From: a virus
Strand: one strand, 5' to 3'
IMG/VR virus record: IMGVR_UViG_3300020182_000008
Span: 104,628 to 166,268 of that record
Length of the DNA: 61,641 bases
Shown: positions 30,067-38,987 of the stretch, piece after piece
Position numbering within the stretch: the stretch's first letter is position 1
Layout of the letters: each line of letters opens with the position of its first letter
The notes under the pieces: model-generated
Databases searched by the model: none
What the model was told of the DNA's origin: nothing
What the model saw: the letters and a program-made list of their open reading frames with translations, nothing else
Made by a program: the position numbers and the translations under genes

Positions 30067-32175
30067 ATGGCTAATACAATAAGCACATCGGGCATTCAGA
30101 GTGGTAGCGTAATTCACGCCGAGAATGTAACTCGAATTATAGATGCTCTTTCTGGAACAGCAAACAACAATATCCAAATCTCAGGTTCTTTAGGAATTAC
30201 AGGAAGTTTTGACATTGGTAGCGGAAGTATAGCAGAAACAGGAGTAGGAGATGCTCCTCAATTACTTGCTTATAACACAGCTAGTGGAGAAATAACATTT
30301 ACAAATAGACAATCAACCTCGGGTACCTCTGGTACATCTGGTACTAGTGGTACATCTGGAACATCTGGTTCTTCAGGTACTTCTGGTACATCTGGTACAT
30401 CTGGTTCATCAGGCTCTTCAGGAAGTTCAGGTACTTCAGGAACAAACGGTACAAATGGTACTTCTGGTACATCAGGTACATCTGGTACTTCAGGAACAAG
30501 TGGAGAAAAAGGAGGAGTTGAATATAATTTTGACGATTCTACTGGAGATGCCGATCCCGGAAATGGAAATATTAGATATAATACAGCTACTATAGGTACT
30601 GTTACTTTTTTATATATAGATAATGTAGATCAAAGATCTACAGATCAAACCCAATGGTTTGCTGCTTGGGATGATTCAACTAATACTAATCCCTATGGGT
30701 ATGTTACTATTACTAGTAGAGATACTGGTAATATTGTTAATATATTTGAAGTTCAAGGCACAGTAACAGCATCCTCAGGATATTATAAAATTCCTGTTAT
30801 AAATTTAACAGGTACTTTACCTTCAAATGGAGATAAATTATCGATCCAATTTTCTAGAACCGGAGATGTAGGTACTTCCGGAACCTCAGGTACCTCTGGT
30901 ACTTCAGGCCCACTTTCAATAAATGGTGGAACCACAGGATCCATATTACTATTTTCAGGTAGTACAGGTACTTTAAATGCAAGTAATTTTTTAAATTATG
31001 ATGCTGATCAATTACAAATTACTTCTTCAAATTCATCATACTTAGGTTCAGTTAACATAACTGGATCTTTAGATGTATCTGGTTCAGTAATATTAAGTGG
31101 TTCATTTAGCGGTTCATTTGAAGGGTTAATTGATTCTGCTTCTAATGCTATAAATGCATTAACATCTTCTCATACTTTAGGTACAGCCTCATTTGCAAAT
31201 AACGCTACTACTGCCTCCCACACTTTTGGAACAGCTAGTATAGCAGACCGTGCTACAACAGCCTCTATAGCAGACAATATAAAATCAGGCTTAATTATTT
31301 CAGCCTCTTCGATTGCTGTATCAAATAATTTAAGTGTAGAAGGTACAGCATCATTTGGATATTTAGAAAGTATTACAGGTTCAGCTAAAATAATTGGAGA
31401 CGCCTTTATTATATTAAATAATAATACACCTGCAGAACGATACGCTGGTTTAGTAGTACAAGATTCAGGTTCAAATAACAATACAGCTTCTATACAGTTT
31501 GATGGTCAAACAAATGACTGGTTTTATGAATATACAGATGATGGAGGAGCAACAGTAGATCATGCATCAATAATGTTTGGCCCTGCATTTCCTACAAAAG
31601 GATCCCCAGTTTTCCCTGCAAGTGAATCTGTACTAGTATCAGAAGGTGGGCATCATATTACTAGCTCTGCAATGTTTATTAAGAGTGATATTGTAGATAT
31701 ACAATTATCAACCAAAACCACAGGCTCAGTGTTAATATCAGGTAGTGATCATATCACTACTGGTAGTTTATCTATATCTGGAAGTTTAGGTGTTGGAACT
31801 GAAGCATCCGGTGTAGTAGGAGCAATATTGGCAACAAACGATGTTGTAGCGTTTGCTTCTTCAGATTTAAGATTAAAATCTAACTTAAATAAAATAGAAA
31901 ATCCATTAGAGAAAATAAATCAACTTTCGGGATATGAATTTGATTGGATTCCTATGGAAGGTATTCACATTCACTCAGGACACGATATTGGAGTAATAGC
32001 CCAAGAAGTAGAAAAAGTATTTCCTGAAGTCGTTGCTGATAGAGAAAATGGATATAAAGCTGTAAAATACGAAAAATTAGTATCGGTTCTAATAGAAGGA
32101 ATAAAAGAATTAAAAACAGAGCTTGATCAATTAAAAACTGAACATGCTATTATAAAAGATAGATTTAATATATAA
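30067..32175 (+). CDS. Collagen-like GTS fibre with C-terminal peptidase S74 chaperone
   Basis: GTS blocks; SSDLRLK...FDW...GVIAQEVE...V.YEKL; N-terminus paralogous to the 22730 protein. Confidence 0.85.
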   Translation: MANTISTSGIQSGSVIHAENVTRIIDALSGTANNNIQISGSLGITGSFDIGSGSIAETGVGDAPQLLAYNTASGEITFTNRQSTSGTSGTSGTSGTSGTSGSSGTSGTSGTSGSSGSSGSSGTSGTNGTNGTSGTSGTSGTSGTSGEKGGVEYNFDDSTGDADPGNGNIRYNTATIGTVTFLYIDNVDQRSTDQTQWFAAWDDSTNTNPYGYVTITSRDTGNIVNIFEVQGTVTASSGYYKIPVINLTGTLPSNGDKLSIQFSRTGDVGTSGTSGTSGTSGPLSINGGTTGSILLFSGSTGTLNASNFLNYDADQLQITSSNSSYLGSVNITGSLDVSGSVILSGSFSGSFEGLIDSASNAINALTSSHTLGTASFANNATTASHTFGTASIADRATTASIADNIKSGLIISASSIAVSNNLSVEGTASFGYLESITGSAKIIGDAFIILNNNTPAERYAGLVVQDSGSNNNTASIQFDGQTNDWFYEYTDDGGATVDHASIMFGPAFPTKGSPVFPASESVLVSEGGHHITSSAMFIKSDIVDIQLSTKTTGSVLISGSDHITTGSLSISGSLGVGTEASGVVGAILATNDVVAFASSDLRLKSNLNKIENPLEKINQLSGYEFDWIPMEGIHIHSGHDIGVIAQEVEKVFPEVVADRENGYKAVKYEKLVSVLIEGIKELKTELDQLKTEHAIIKDRFNI

Positions 32176-32549
32176 TGGCTAAAAATGTAAGAATAGTTCC
32201 CGCCTCCGGTTCTATTTACTTTACAGCTGATGGATATGATATAACCGGATCTGTAGTATTAAGAACATTAGGAGATACCGAAGATTTGGAATTCTCCACT
32301 GGAGGAGACCAACCTGCATTACTTATATCTAAAGAATCAGGCAGAATTGGAGTAGGAACAGTTTCTTCATCAGCAAAATTAGAAGTTTCTTCTTCAGTAG
32401 ATGAAGATCTTTTACTTATAAAAAATGCAAGTGGTAGTATTAAAGTAAACCAAGAAGGTGTACTAGTACTATCCCCCTATCAAGGAGAAGTAACCGCGGT
32501 AAGTGGTGCACTTATATATAGTGCTTCTAATCTCTTTGTAGGTGGTTAA
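32175..32549 (+). CDS. Small fibre-associated protein
   Basis: GRIGVGT..SAKLEV trimeric fibre motif. Confidence 0.7.
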   Translation: MAKNVRIVPASGSIYFTADGYDITGSVVLRTLGDTEDLEFSTGGDQPALLISKESGRIGVGTVSSSAKLEVSSSVDEDLLLIKNASGSIKVNQEGVLVLSPYQGEVTAVSGALIYSASNLFVGG

Positions 32550-32601
32550 ATATTTATAGTAGATTAATATCATAATAACCCTTAATTAAAAACAATATAC
32601 A

Positions 32602-35600
32602 ATGGCAGAATGGAAAAAGATAGTCGTCTCTGGTAGCGACATATCCCAATTAAACAACGACAGCGGATATTTAGTTGCTGGTGGAACAATCGATTCCGCT
32701 TCAGTCGCTGATAGAGCTACCTTACTATCCCCAGATGCCACAGCATCTTTTGCTGATAGTGCTTCCTTTGCTCGAATGGCCCTCGAAGGATCTGGATCTT
32801 TCAGTGGTTCATTTGAAGGAGATGGATCAGGATTAACAGGATTAGCAACAAACTTAACAGTTGATGGTGATACCGGTACACAAGATGTAGATCTTATTAC
32901 AGATGATTTACAAATTCTTGGTACTACAAACGAAATTGAAACTGCTGTAACTAAAGTTGGTAACGATGTAAAAGTTACACTTGGTTTACCTGATAATATT
33001 ACAGTAACAGCTTCCTTTGCTGATTTAGCAGGAACTGTTCATGATGGTAATATTACAACTGCAAAACTTGCAGATGGTGCCGTAACAACAGCTAAGATTA
33101 CTGATGCTAACATTACTACCGCAAAAATTGCGGATGCTAATGTAACAGATGCCAAATTAGCCTCAGATTCAGTAACAACTGTAAAAATTGTAGATGCTAA
33201 CGTAACAGCTGCTAAATTAGCAACTGATTCTGTTGAAACTGCCAAAATTGTTGATGCAAACGTAACAACTGCAAAACTTGCAGATGACGCTGTAACAACA
33301 GTAAAAATTACAGATGCAAATGTTACCGCAGCCAAATTAGCAACAAACTCTGTTGAAACAGCTAAGATTGTAGACGGTAATGTAACAACAGCTAAAATTG
33401 CAGATGCAAACGTAACAGATGCTAAACTAGCTTCTAACTCTGTAACAACTGATAAAATTGTAGACGCTAATGTTACTACAGGTAAATTAGCAGATAGTGC
33501 CGTTACAACAGCTAAAATCAATGATGGTGCTGTAACAAATGACAAAATTACAGATGGTACAATTGCCAACGTAAAATTAGTAAATGATAGTGTTACACTA
33601 GGTAGCACAGAAATAGATTTAGGACAAACTGTAACTGAAATTTCTGGATTAACCAGTATTTCTGCTACAACTGGTAGCTTCGTATTACAAGTATTCGAAT
33701 CCTCTTCTACAATTATTACCTCTGGTTCAAACATCTTTGGTGATAAACAAGACGATATACAACAAATTACAGGTTCATTAAAACAATCTGGTAGTTTTAC
33801 ACTCTCAGGTAGTTTACTTCAATCAAACGGTGTAATTAGTGGTTCATTCCAAGGTGACGGTTCAGGATTAACTGGAGTTACTGTAGATACACTAAATAAT
33901 GCTCTTACGGATGGTAATGGTATTACAGACTTTACATTTGATGGTTCAGCTACTGCAACAGTAGCAGTAGAAGCAGATGGAGCTACTTTAACAGTAGGTG
34001 CCAATGGAGTTAAAGTTTCAGACAGTGGAATTGATACTACTCAATTAGCTGATGATGCTGTAACGACAGTTAAAATCACTGACGCAAATGTAACAACTGC
34101 AAAAATTGCAGATTCTAATGTTACTACTGCTAAAATTGCAGATTCTAATGTTACTACTGCTAAAATAGCTGATTTAAACGTAACTACAGAAAAACTCGCA
34201 GCTAATGCAGTAACTACTGCTAAAATTACAGACGCAAATGTAACAGCTGCTAAATTAGCAACCAACTCAGTAGAAACTGCAAAAATTGTAGACGCTAACG
34301 TTACAACAGCTAAAATTGCTGATGCCAATGTTACTACAGGTAAACTTGCAGACAATGCTGTAACAACAGCTAAAATTACAGATGCAAACGTTACTGCGGC
34401 TAAACTTGCAAGCAATTCAGTTGAAACTGCAAAAATTGTAGACGCTAACGTAACAGCTGCTAAATTAGCAACGGATTCAGTTGAAACAGCTAAAATCGTA
34501 GACGGTAATGTTACCACTGCAAAACTTGCAGACGATGCTGTAACTACAATTAAGATTACAGACGCTAATGTTACTGCAGCTAAATTAGCTACAGATTCAG
34601 TTGAAACAGCAAAAATTGTTGATGCAAATGTAACAACTGCAAAAATTGCAGATAGTGCTGTAACAACAGCTAAAATCGCTGATGGTGATGTAACAAATGC
34701 TAAATTAGCTAACGATAGTGTAATATTAGGTACTACAGAAATTGATTTAGGTCAAACTGTAACAGAAATCTCAGGATTAACTAGTATTTCAGCTGTAACA
34801 GGTAGCTTTGTATTACAGGTTTACGAATCCTCTTCTACGATTATTACTTCAGGATCAAACATCTTTGGTAATGATCAAAACGATATTCAACAAGTAACAG
34901 GATCATTAAAACAATCAGGAAGTTATACACTTTCAGGAAGCTTATTACAATCAAACGGTGTAATTAGCGGTTCATTTATTGGTGATGGTTCAGGATTAAC
35001 AGGAGTTGCTGTAGATCAATTAAATAATTCTCTTACAGACGGAAATGGTATTGCAGATTTCACATTCGATGGAAGTGGTGCTGCTACTGTAGCTGTTGAA
35101 GCAGATGGATCTACCTTAACAGTAGGTGCTAGTGGTGTAAAAGTTTCTGATGCAGGAATTGACACTACTCAATTAGCCGACAATGCTGTAACAACTGCTA
35201 AAATTACCGACTTAAATGTAACAACTGGTAAACTTGCAGACGGTGCAGTAACAACAGCAAAAATCACTGATGCTAACGTTACAACAGCTAAAATTGCTGA
35301 TGCTAACGTTACAACAGCTAAAATTGCTGATGCAAATGTAACAGTTGACAAATTAGCAACTGATTCAGTAACTACAGCTAAAATTGTAGATGCCAATGTT
35401 ACAACTGCCAAAATTGCAGACGCTAACGTTACTACAGGTAAATTAGCTGATGATGCTGTAACGACAGTTAAAATCACAGATGCAAACGTAACAGCTGCTA
35501 AATTAGCAACAGATTCTGTTGAAACAGCTAAGATCGTTGATGCAAATGTTACTACTGCCAAACTCGCTGACAATGCCGTAACAACGGTTAAAATCACTGA

Positions 35601-37449
35601 TGCTAACGTAACTACCGCAAAAATTGCTGATAGTAATGTTACAACTGCAAAAATTGCAGATAGTGCAGTAACAAACGATAAAATTACAGACGGTACGATT
35701 GCTAATGCTAAATTAGTAAACGATAGTCTTACATTTGGTGTAACAGAACAAGCACTTGGTTCAACTATAACAGAAATTAAAGGTTTAACTTTAATTAGTG
35801 CTGATACAGGTACATTTGTTCACCAAATTTTCGAATCCTCTTCTACAATTATTACTTCCGGATCAAACGTATTTGGTAATGATGCAGGAGATATTCAACA
35901 AATTACTGGTTCATTAAAACAATCAGGTAGTATTACATTATCTGGTAGTTTATTACAATCACATGGTGTAATTAGTGGTTCATTTATTGGAGATGGTTCA
36001 GGATTAACTGGATTAGCTACAATATTAACCATTGATGGTGATTCAGGAGGTACCTCAACAGTAGATTTACAAACACAAAATCTAGATATTGCTGGTACAG
36101 CAAACGAAATTGAAACTTCAGTTTCAGGTCAAACTATTACTATTGGTTTACCTACTAATATTACAGTAACAGCTTCATATGCTGATACAGCAAGTATTGC
36201 TAGAACTGCAGATTCAGCTTCAAACTCAACAAATGCTATTTCAGCCTCAGCTACAGTAGCGGGTCAATTATTCCCAACAACAGAGGGATTAAATGGTCAA
36301 GCTCTTGTAACAGATGGTGCTGGTCAATTAATATATGCTGATGCATTCGGAACTGGTTCAACTAAGAAATTAAACCAAACCGTAGCAGCAGAAACTTGGT
36401 CGTTTGTTCACAATTTAGATGAAGAATATCCTATAGTACAAATTTGGGATACTACTGGAGATATGATTCTTCCAGACAGAATTGTAACTATAAATGCCAA
36501 TACTGTTGAAATTATATTCCCTGTGCCTGTTGCCGGTATCGCCGCTGCAATGGTAGGTGGAATGGGAATTTCAGCTTCTGAAGCAACCCATGCTCAAACA
36601 GCCTCAGTCGCTGATCGTGCTACAGAATTAAGCGTAGATGCAACAGCTTCATTTGCTGATGTAGCAGGAACAGTTCACGCTGGTAATATTACTACTACTG
36701 AATTAGCTGATAATGCAGTAACAAATGCTAAAATTACAGATGGTACAATTGCCAACGTAAAATTAGTAAATGATAGTGTTATTCTTGGTACAACAGAAGT
36801 AGATTTAGGTGCCACTTCAACCACTTTAGTAGGATTAACTAACGTAGAAAGTACTATGTTCAGTGGTTCCTTCAAAGGTGATGGTTCCTTATTAACTGGA
36901 TTAGTAACAGAATTAGATATTGCTGGTGATACAGGTACAGATGCTTTAGATCTTAAAGTTGATACATTAAATGTAGTCGGTACTACTGGTGAAATTGAAA
37001 CCGCTGTAACAAATAATCAAATTCAAATTGGATTACCTAGTAACGTAACAGTTGGAAACGACTTAACTGTAACAGGTGATGCAACTATTGCTGGAGATTT
37101 AGTAGTAGGTGGTGCTATAGTAAGTGCTTCTTCGTTGGAAGTTGCAGATCAATTTATTATATTAGCATCCGGTTCAAATGGTGCGATTGATGGTGGTATC
37201 ATTATTAATCAAGTCGATGATGATCCAGATGGTAGAGGTAAAGCATTTGCTTACGATTCTAGTGCAAACAGATGGGCATTACAATCAGAATTGGTTGATT
37301 CTGCCACAACAATTACACCAGATGCGTATATGGGTGTTATTCAAGAAAGTGCAGGTGCTCCAAGTTCCGATCCAACATATGGTGGAACAAATGGTAAAGG
37401 TACGATTTTTGTAGATACCTCAAATAACGAAGCTTATATTTACATATAA
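32602..37449 (+). CDS. Giant repetitive fibre protein (1615 aa)
   Basis: Arrays of decapeptide VT(T/A)AK(I/L)xDxx separated by three ~100-aa modules. Confidence 0.85.
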   Translation: MAEWKKIVVSGSDISQLNNDSGYLVAGGTIDSASVADRATLLSPDATASFADSASFARMALEGSGSFSGSFEGDGSGLTGLATNLTVDGDTGTQDVDLITDDLQILGTTNEIETAVTKVGNDVKVTLGLPDNITVTASFADLAGTVHDGNITTAKLADGAVTTAKITDANITTAKIADANVTDAKLASDSVTTVKIVDANVTAAKLATDSVETAKIVDANVTTAKLADDAVTTVKITDANVTAAKLATNSVETAKIVDGNVTTAKIADANVTDAKLASNSVTTDKIVDANVTTGKLADSAVTTAKINDGAVTNDKITDGTIANVKLVNDSVTLGSTEIDLGQTVTEISGLTSISATTGSFVLQVFESSSTIITSGSNIFGDKQDDIQQITGSLKQSGSFTLSGSLLQSNGVISGSFQGDGSGLTGVTVDTLNNALTDGNGITDFTFDGSATATVAVEADGATLTVGANGVKVSDSGIDTTQLADDAVTTVKITDANVTTAKIADSNVTTAKIADSNVTTAKIADLNVTTEKLAANAVTTAKITDANVTAAKLATNSVETAKIVDANVTTAKIADANVTTGKLADNAVTTAKITDANVTAAKLASNSVETAKIVDANVTAAKLATDSVETAKIVDGNVTTAKLADDAVTTIKITDANVTAAKLATDSVETAKIVDANVTTAKIADSAVTTAKIADGDVTNAKLANDSVILGTTEIDLGQTVTEISGLTSISAVTGSFVLQVYESSSTIITSGSNIFGNDQNDIQQVTGSLKQSGSYTLSGSLLQSNGVISGSFIGDGSGLTGVAVDQLNNSLTDGNGIADFTFDGSGAATVAVEADGSTLTVGASGVKVSDAGIDTTQLADNAVTTAKITDLNVTTGKLADGAVTTAKITDANVTTAKIADANVTTAKIADANVTVDKLATDSVTTAKIVDANVTTAKIADANVTTGKLADDAVTTVKITDANVTAAKLATDSVETAKIVDANVTTAKLADNAVTTVKITDANVTTAKIADSNVTTAKIADSAVTNDKITDGTIANAKLVNDSLTFGVTEQALGSTITEIKGLTLISADTGTFVHQIFESSSTIITSGSNVFGNDAGDIQQITGSLKQSGSITLSGSLLQSHGVISGSFIGDGSGLTGLATILTIDGDSGGTSTVDLQTQNLDIAGTANEIETSVSGQTITIGLPTNITVTASYADTASIARTADSASNSTNAISASATVAGQLFPTTEGLNGQALVTDGAGQLIYADAFGTGSTKKLNQTVAAETWSFVHNLDEEYPIVQIWDTTGDMILPDRIVTINANTVEIIFPVPVAGIAAAMVGGMGISASEATHAQTASVADRATELSVDATASFADVAGTVHAGNITTTELADNAVTNAKITDGTIANVKLVNDSVILGTTEVDLGATSTTLVGLTNVESTMFSGSFKGDGSLLTGLVTELDIAGDTGTDALDLKVDTLNVVGTTGEIETAVTNNQIQIGLPSNVTVGNDLTVTGDATIAGDLVVGGAIVSASSLEVADQFIILASGSNGAIDGGIIINQVDDDPDGRGKAFAYDSSANRWALQSELVDSATTITPDAYMGVIQESAGAPSSDPTYGGTNGKGTIFVDTSNNEAYIYI
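33043..35720 (+). repeat. Three arrays of 30-nt/10-aa VTTAKIADAN-type repeats
   Basis: Approximately 33043-33590, 34041-34715 and 35170-35720. Confidence 0.9.
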
Positions 37450-37455
37450 TAGACA

Positions 37456-37695
37456 ATGTTTAAAAAAGTTATGGGATTATTAGATAAAATCAGAGAAAAG
37501 GAAGCTGCCCAGGAGGCGGCTTCCTCTGTCTCTAAAAAAGAAAAAAAGACTTCTAAAGAAGATTTATCATTAAATGCTGAAGAAACAAAAATTCTTTTAC
37601 ATTTAATTAAAAATTCAAATTTTAAAGGAGAAAGTGTAGAATTAGTATACAATCTTACTTTAAAACTCCAAAAAGTTCTAAATATTTTAGGTTAA
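37456..37695 (+). CDS. Small hypothetical (possible fibre assembly factor)
   Basis: 79-aa ORF directly after the giant fibre gene. Confidence 0.6.
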   Translation: MFKKVMGLLDKIREKEAAQEAASSVSKKEKKTSKEDLSLNAEETKILLHLIKNSNFKGESVELVYNLTLKLQKVLNILG

Positions 37696-37718
37696 ATAAT
37701 ATATATTTATACTAGAGC

Positions 37719-37770
37719 ATTATTGGCCCGAAAGGGAAGTGGGCATCCTATGATGTAACCAACCGTAATA
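37719..37770 (+). ncRNA. Candidate structured cis-regulatory RNA in a 5' UTR
   Basis: CCC-GAAA-GGG hairpin, GCATC/GATGT hairpin, closing stem ATTA(T)TGG/CCGTAAT; GC-rich island in an AT-rich spacer. Confidence 0.45.
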
Positions 37771-37778
37771 GAGTATAT

Positions 37779-38585
37779 ATGCCAAACTGGAAAAAAATAG
37801 TCGTTGGAGATTCCAACGCATCCTTAGCGTCACTTAATATAAGTGGTAATTTAACTGCATCCGCAGCATACCTAGAATCTGCCTCAATTGGTCATTTACA
37901 GACCATATACGAGACAGCTTCCGTTATTTATAGTTCAGGCTCAACCAAATTTGGTGATACATCCGATGATACTCATGAATACACCGGTTCTCTTTCAATA
38001 TCAGGTTCAATATCAATTGTTGAAGGAGCCCAATTAACAGGTACTTCAAGTTTTGCTATAACAGCATCGCATGCCCTAAACGTACCTGACACGGCTTCCC
38101 ACGCTTTAACAGCGGTAACAGCCTCACACACATCAGGTACTGCCTCATTCGCAAATAACGCTACTACATCGTCTTATACGCTAACTGGTGACGGGGTGTT
38201 TAGTGGTTCATTTAGTGGATCATTTCAAGGAAATGCAGCCGAACTAAATGTAATCCCCTTCCCGTTCACTGGTTCAGGTGAAATGCAAGGTGATTTAACA
38301 GTTCACTCTTTACAAGATTATACTGACGAAGATTACGTAGAAAGTTATTTCGCAGGTACCGCAATATACTCAGATGGAGATATAGCATTAACAGGTAGTA
38401 TTTTTAGTGCTTATATTAATGCAAATACCTTTACAGGATCATTCTTAAATGATACAGGATATGTTGTGTTAACACAAGTATCTCAAAGTTTAAACTTTAC
38501 TGACGATTCTGCTGCACAAGCTGGTGGGGTGCCGTTAGGAGGATTGTATAGAAACGGAAATACCATACAAATTAGAATAAGTTAA
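37779..38585 (+). CDS. Fibre-associated protein, N-terminus paralogous to the giant fibre
   Basis: MPNWKKIVV vs MAEWKKIVV; shares the SSGSTKFGD..D.H..TGS module. Confidence 0.75.
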   Translation: MPNWKKIVVGDSNASLASLNISGNLTASAAYLESASIGHLQTIYETASVIYSSGSTKFGDTSDDTHEYTGSLSISGSISIVEGAQLTGTSSFAITASHALNVPDTASHALTAVTASHTSGTASFANNATTSSYTLTGDGVFSGSFSGSFQGNAAELNVIPFPFTGSGEMQGDLTVHSLQDYTDEDYVESYFAGTAIYSDGDIALTGSIFSAYINANTFTGSFLNDTGYVVLTQVSQSLNFTDDSAAQAGGVPLGGLYRNGNTIQIRIS

Positions 38586-38609
38586 CAATATTTATAATAT
38601 ATAATAGAC

Positions 38610-38918
38610 ATGCCAAACGGAAGTTTAACATTACGCTCAGGATTAGGTAGAAAATTAACTACCGGAGAAATGGATGATAACTTAATATTTTTAAGTGCAT
38701 CCTATTCTCATCGCCAAGATTTATTAGATAGTACAGGATCATACGTTGTATCACATTCATTAAATGAAAATTATCCTGTAGTAACAGTATGGGATACTGG
38801 TAGTGGAGGAGTTAATCCTGAAGTAGTATTACCTAATAGCATAATTTCAAACAATACCAATACTATAACAGTAAATTTTGGTGAGCCTTTTAATGGACAT
38901 ATTATAATTAAAGTATAA
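38610..38918 (+). CDS. Small virion protein
   Basis: LT..EMDDN; H.L.E.YP.V.VWD module shared with the giant fibre. Confidence 0.7.
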   Translation: MPNGSLTLRSGLGRKLTTGEMDDNLIFLSASYSHRQDLLDSTGSYVVSHSLNENYPVVTVWDTGSGGVNPEVVLPNSIISNNTNTITVNFGEPFNGHIIIKV

Positions 38919-38987
38919 GTTTTAAATAAAACTCAATATTTATCATCGATTAAAACAACATAATAACCCCCTAAGAAAAAATAAAAT

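Noticed and set aside
33039-35597. Long minus-strand ORFs over the repetitive fibre gene (similar ones at 15081-16145, 23686-24111, 39866-40345, 47845-48588)
   Set aside because: Antisense shadows of repetitive, biased codon usage; no promoter motif or protein-like features.
32602-37449. Periodic 30-nt repeats as a CRISPR array or DGR template
   Set aside because: In-frame coding repeats with synonymous variation; no unique spacers, no reverse transcriptase, no adenine-specific mismatch pattern.
37533-37556. Shorter GAA AAA AAG run in ORF 37456
   Set aside because: Only A7 in a Lys-rich stretch; expected by chance in this AT-rich genome.
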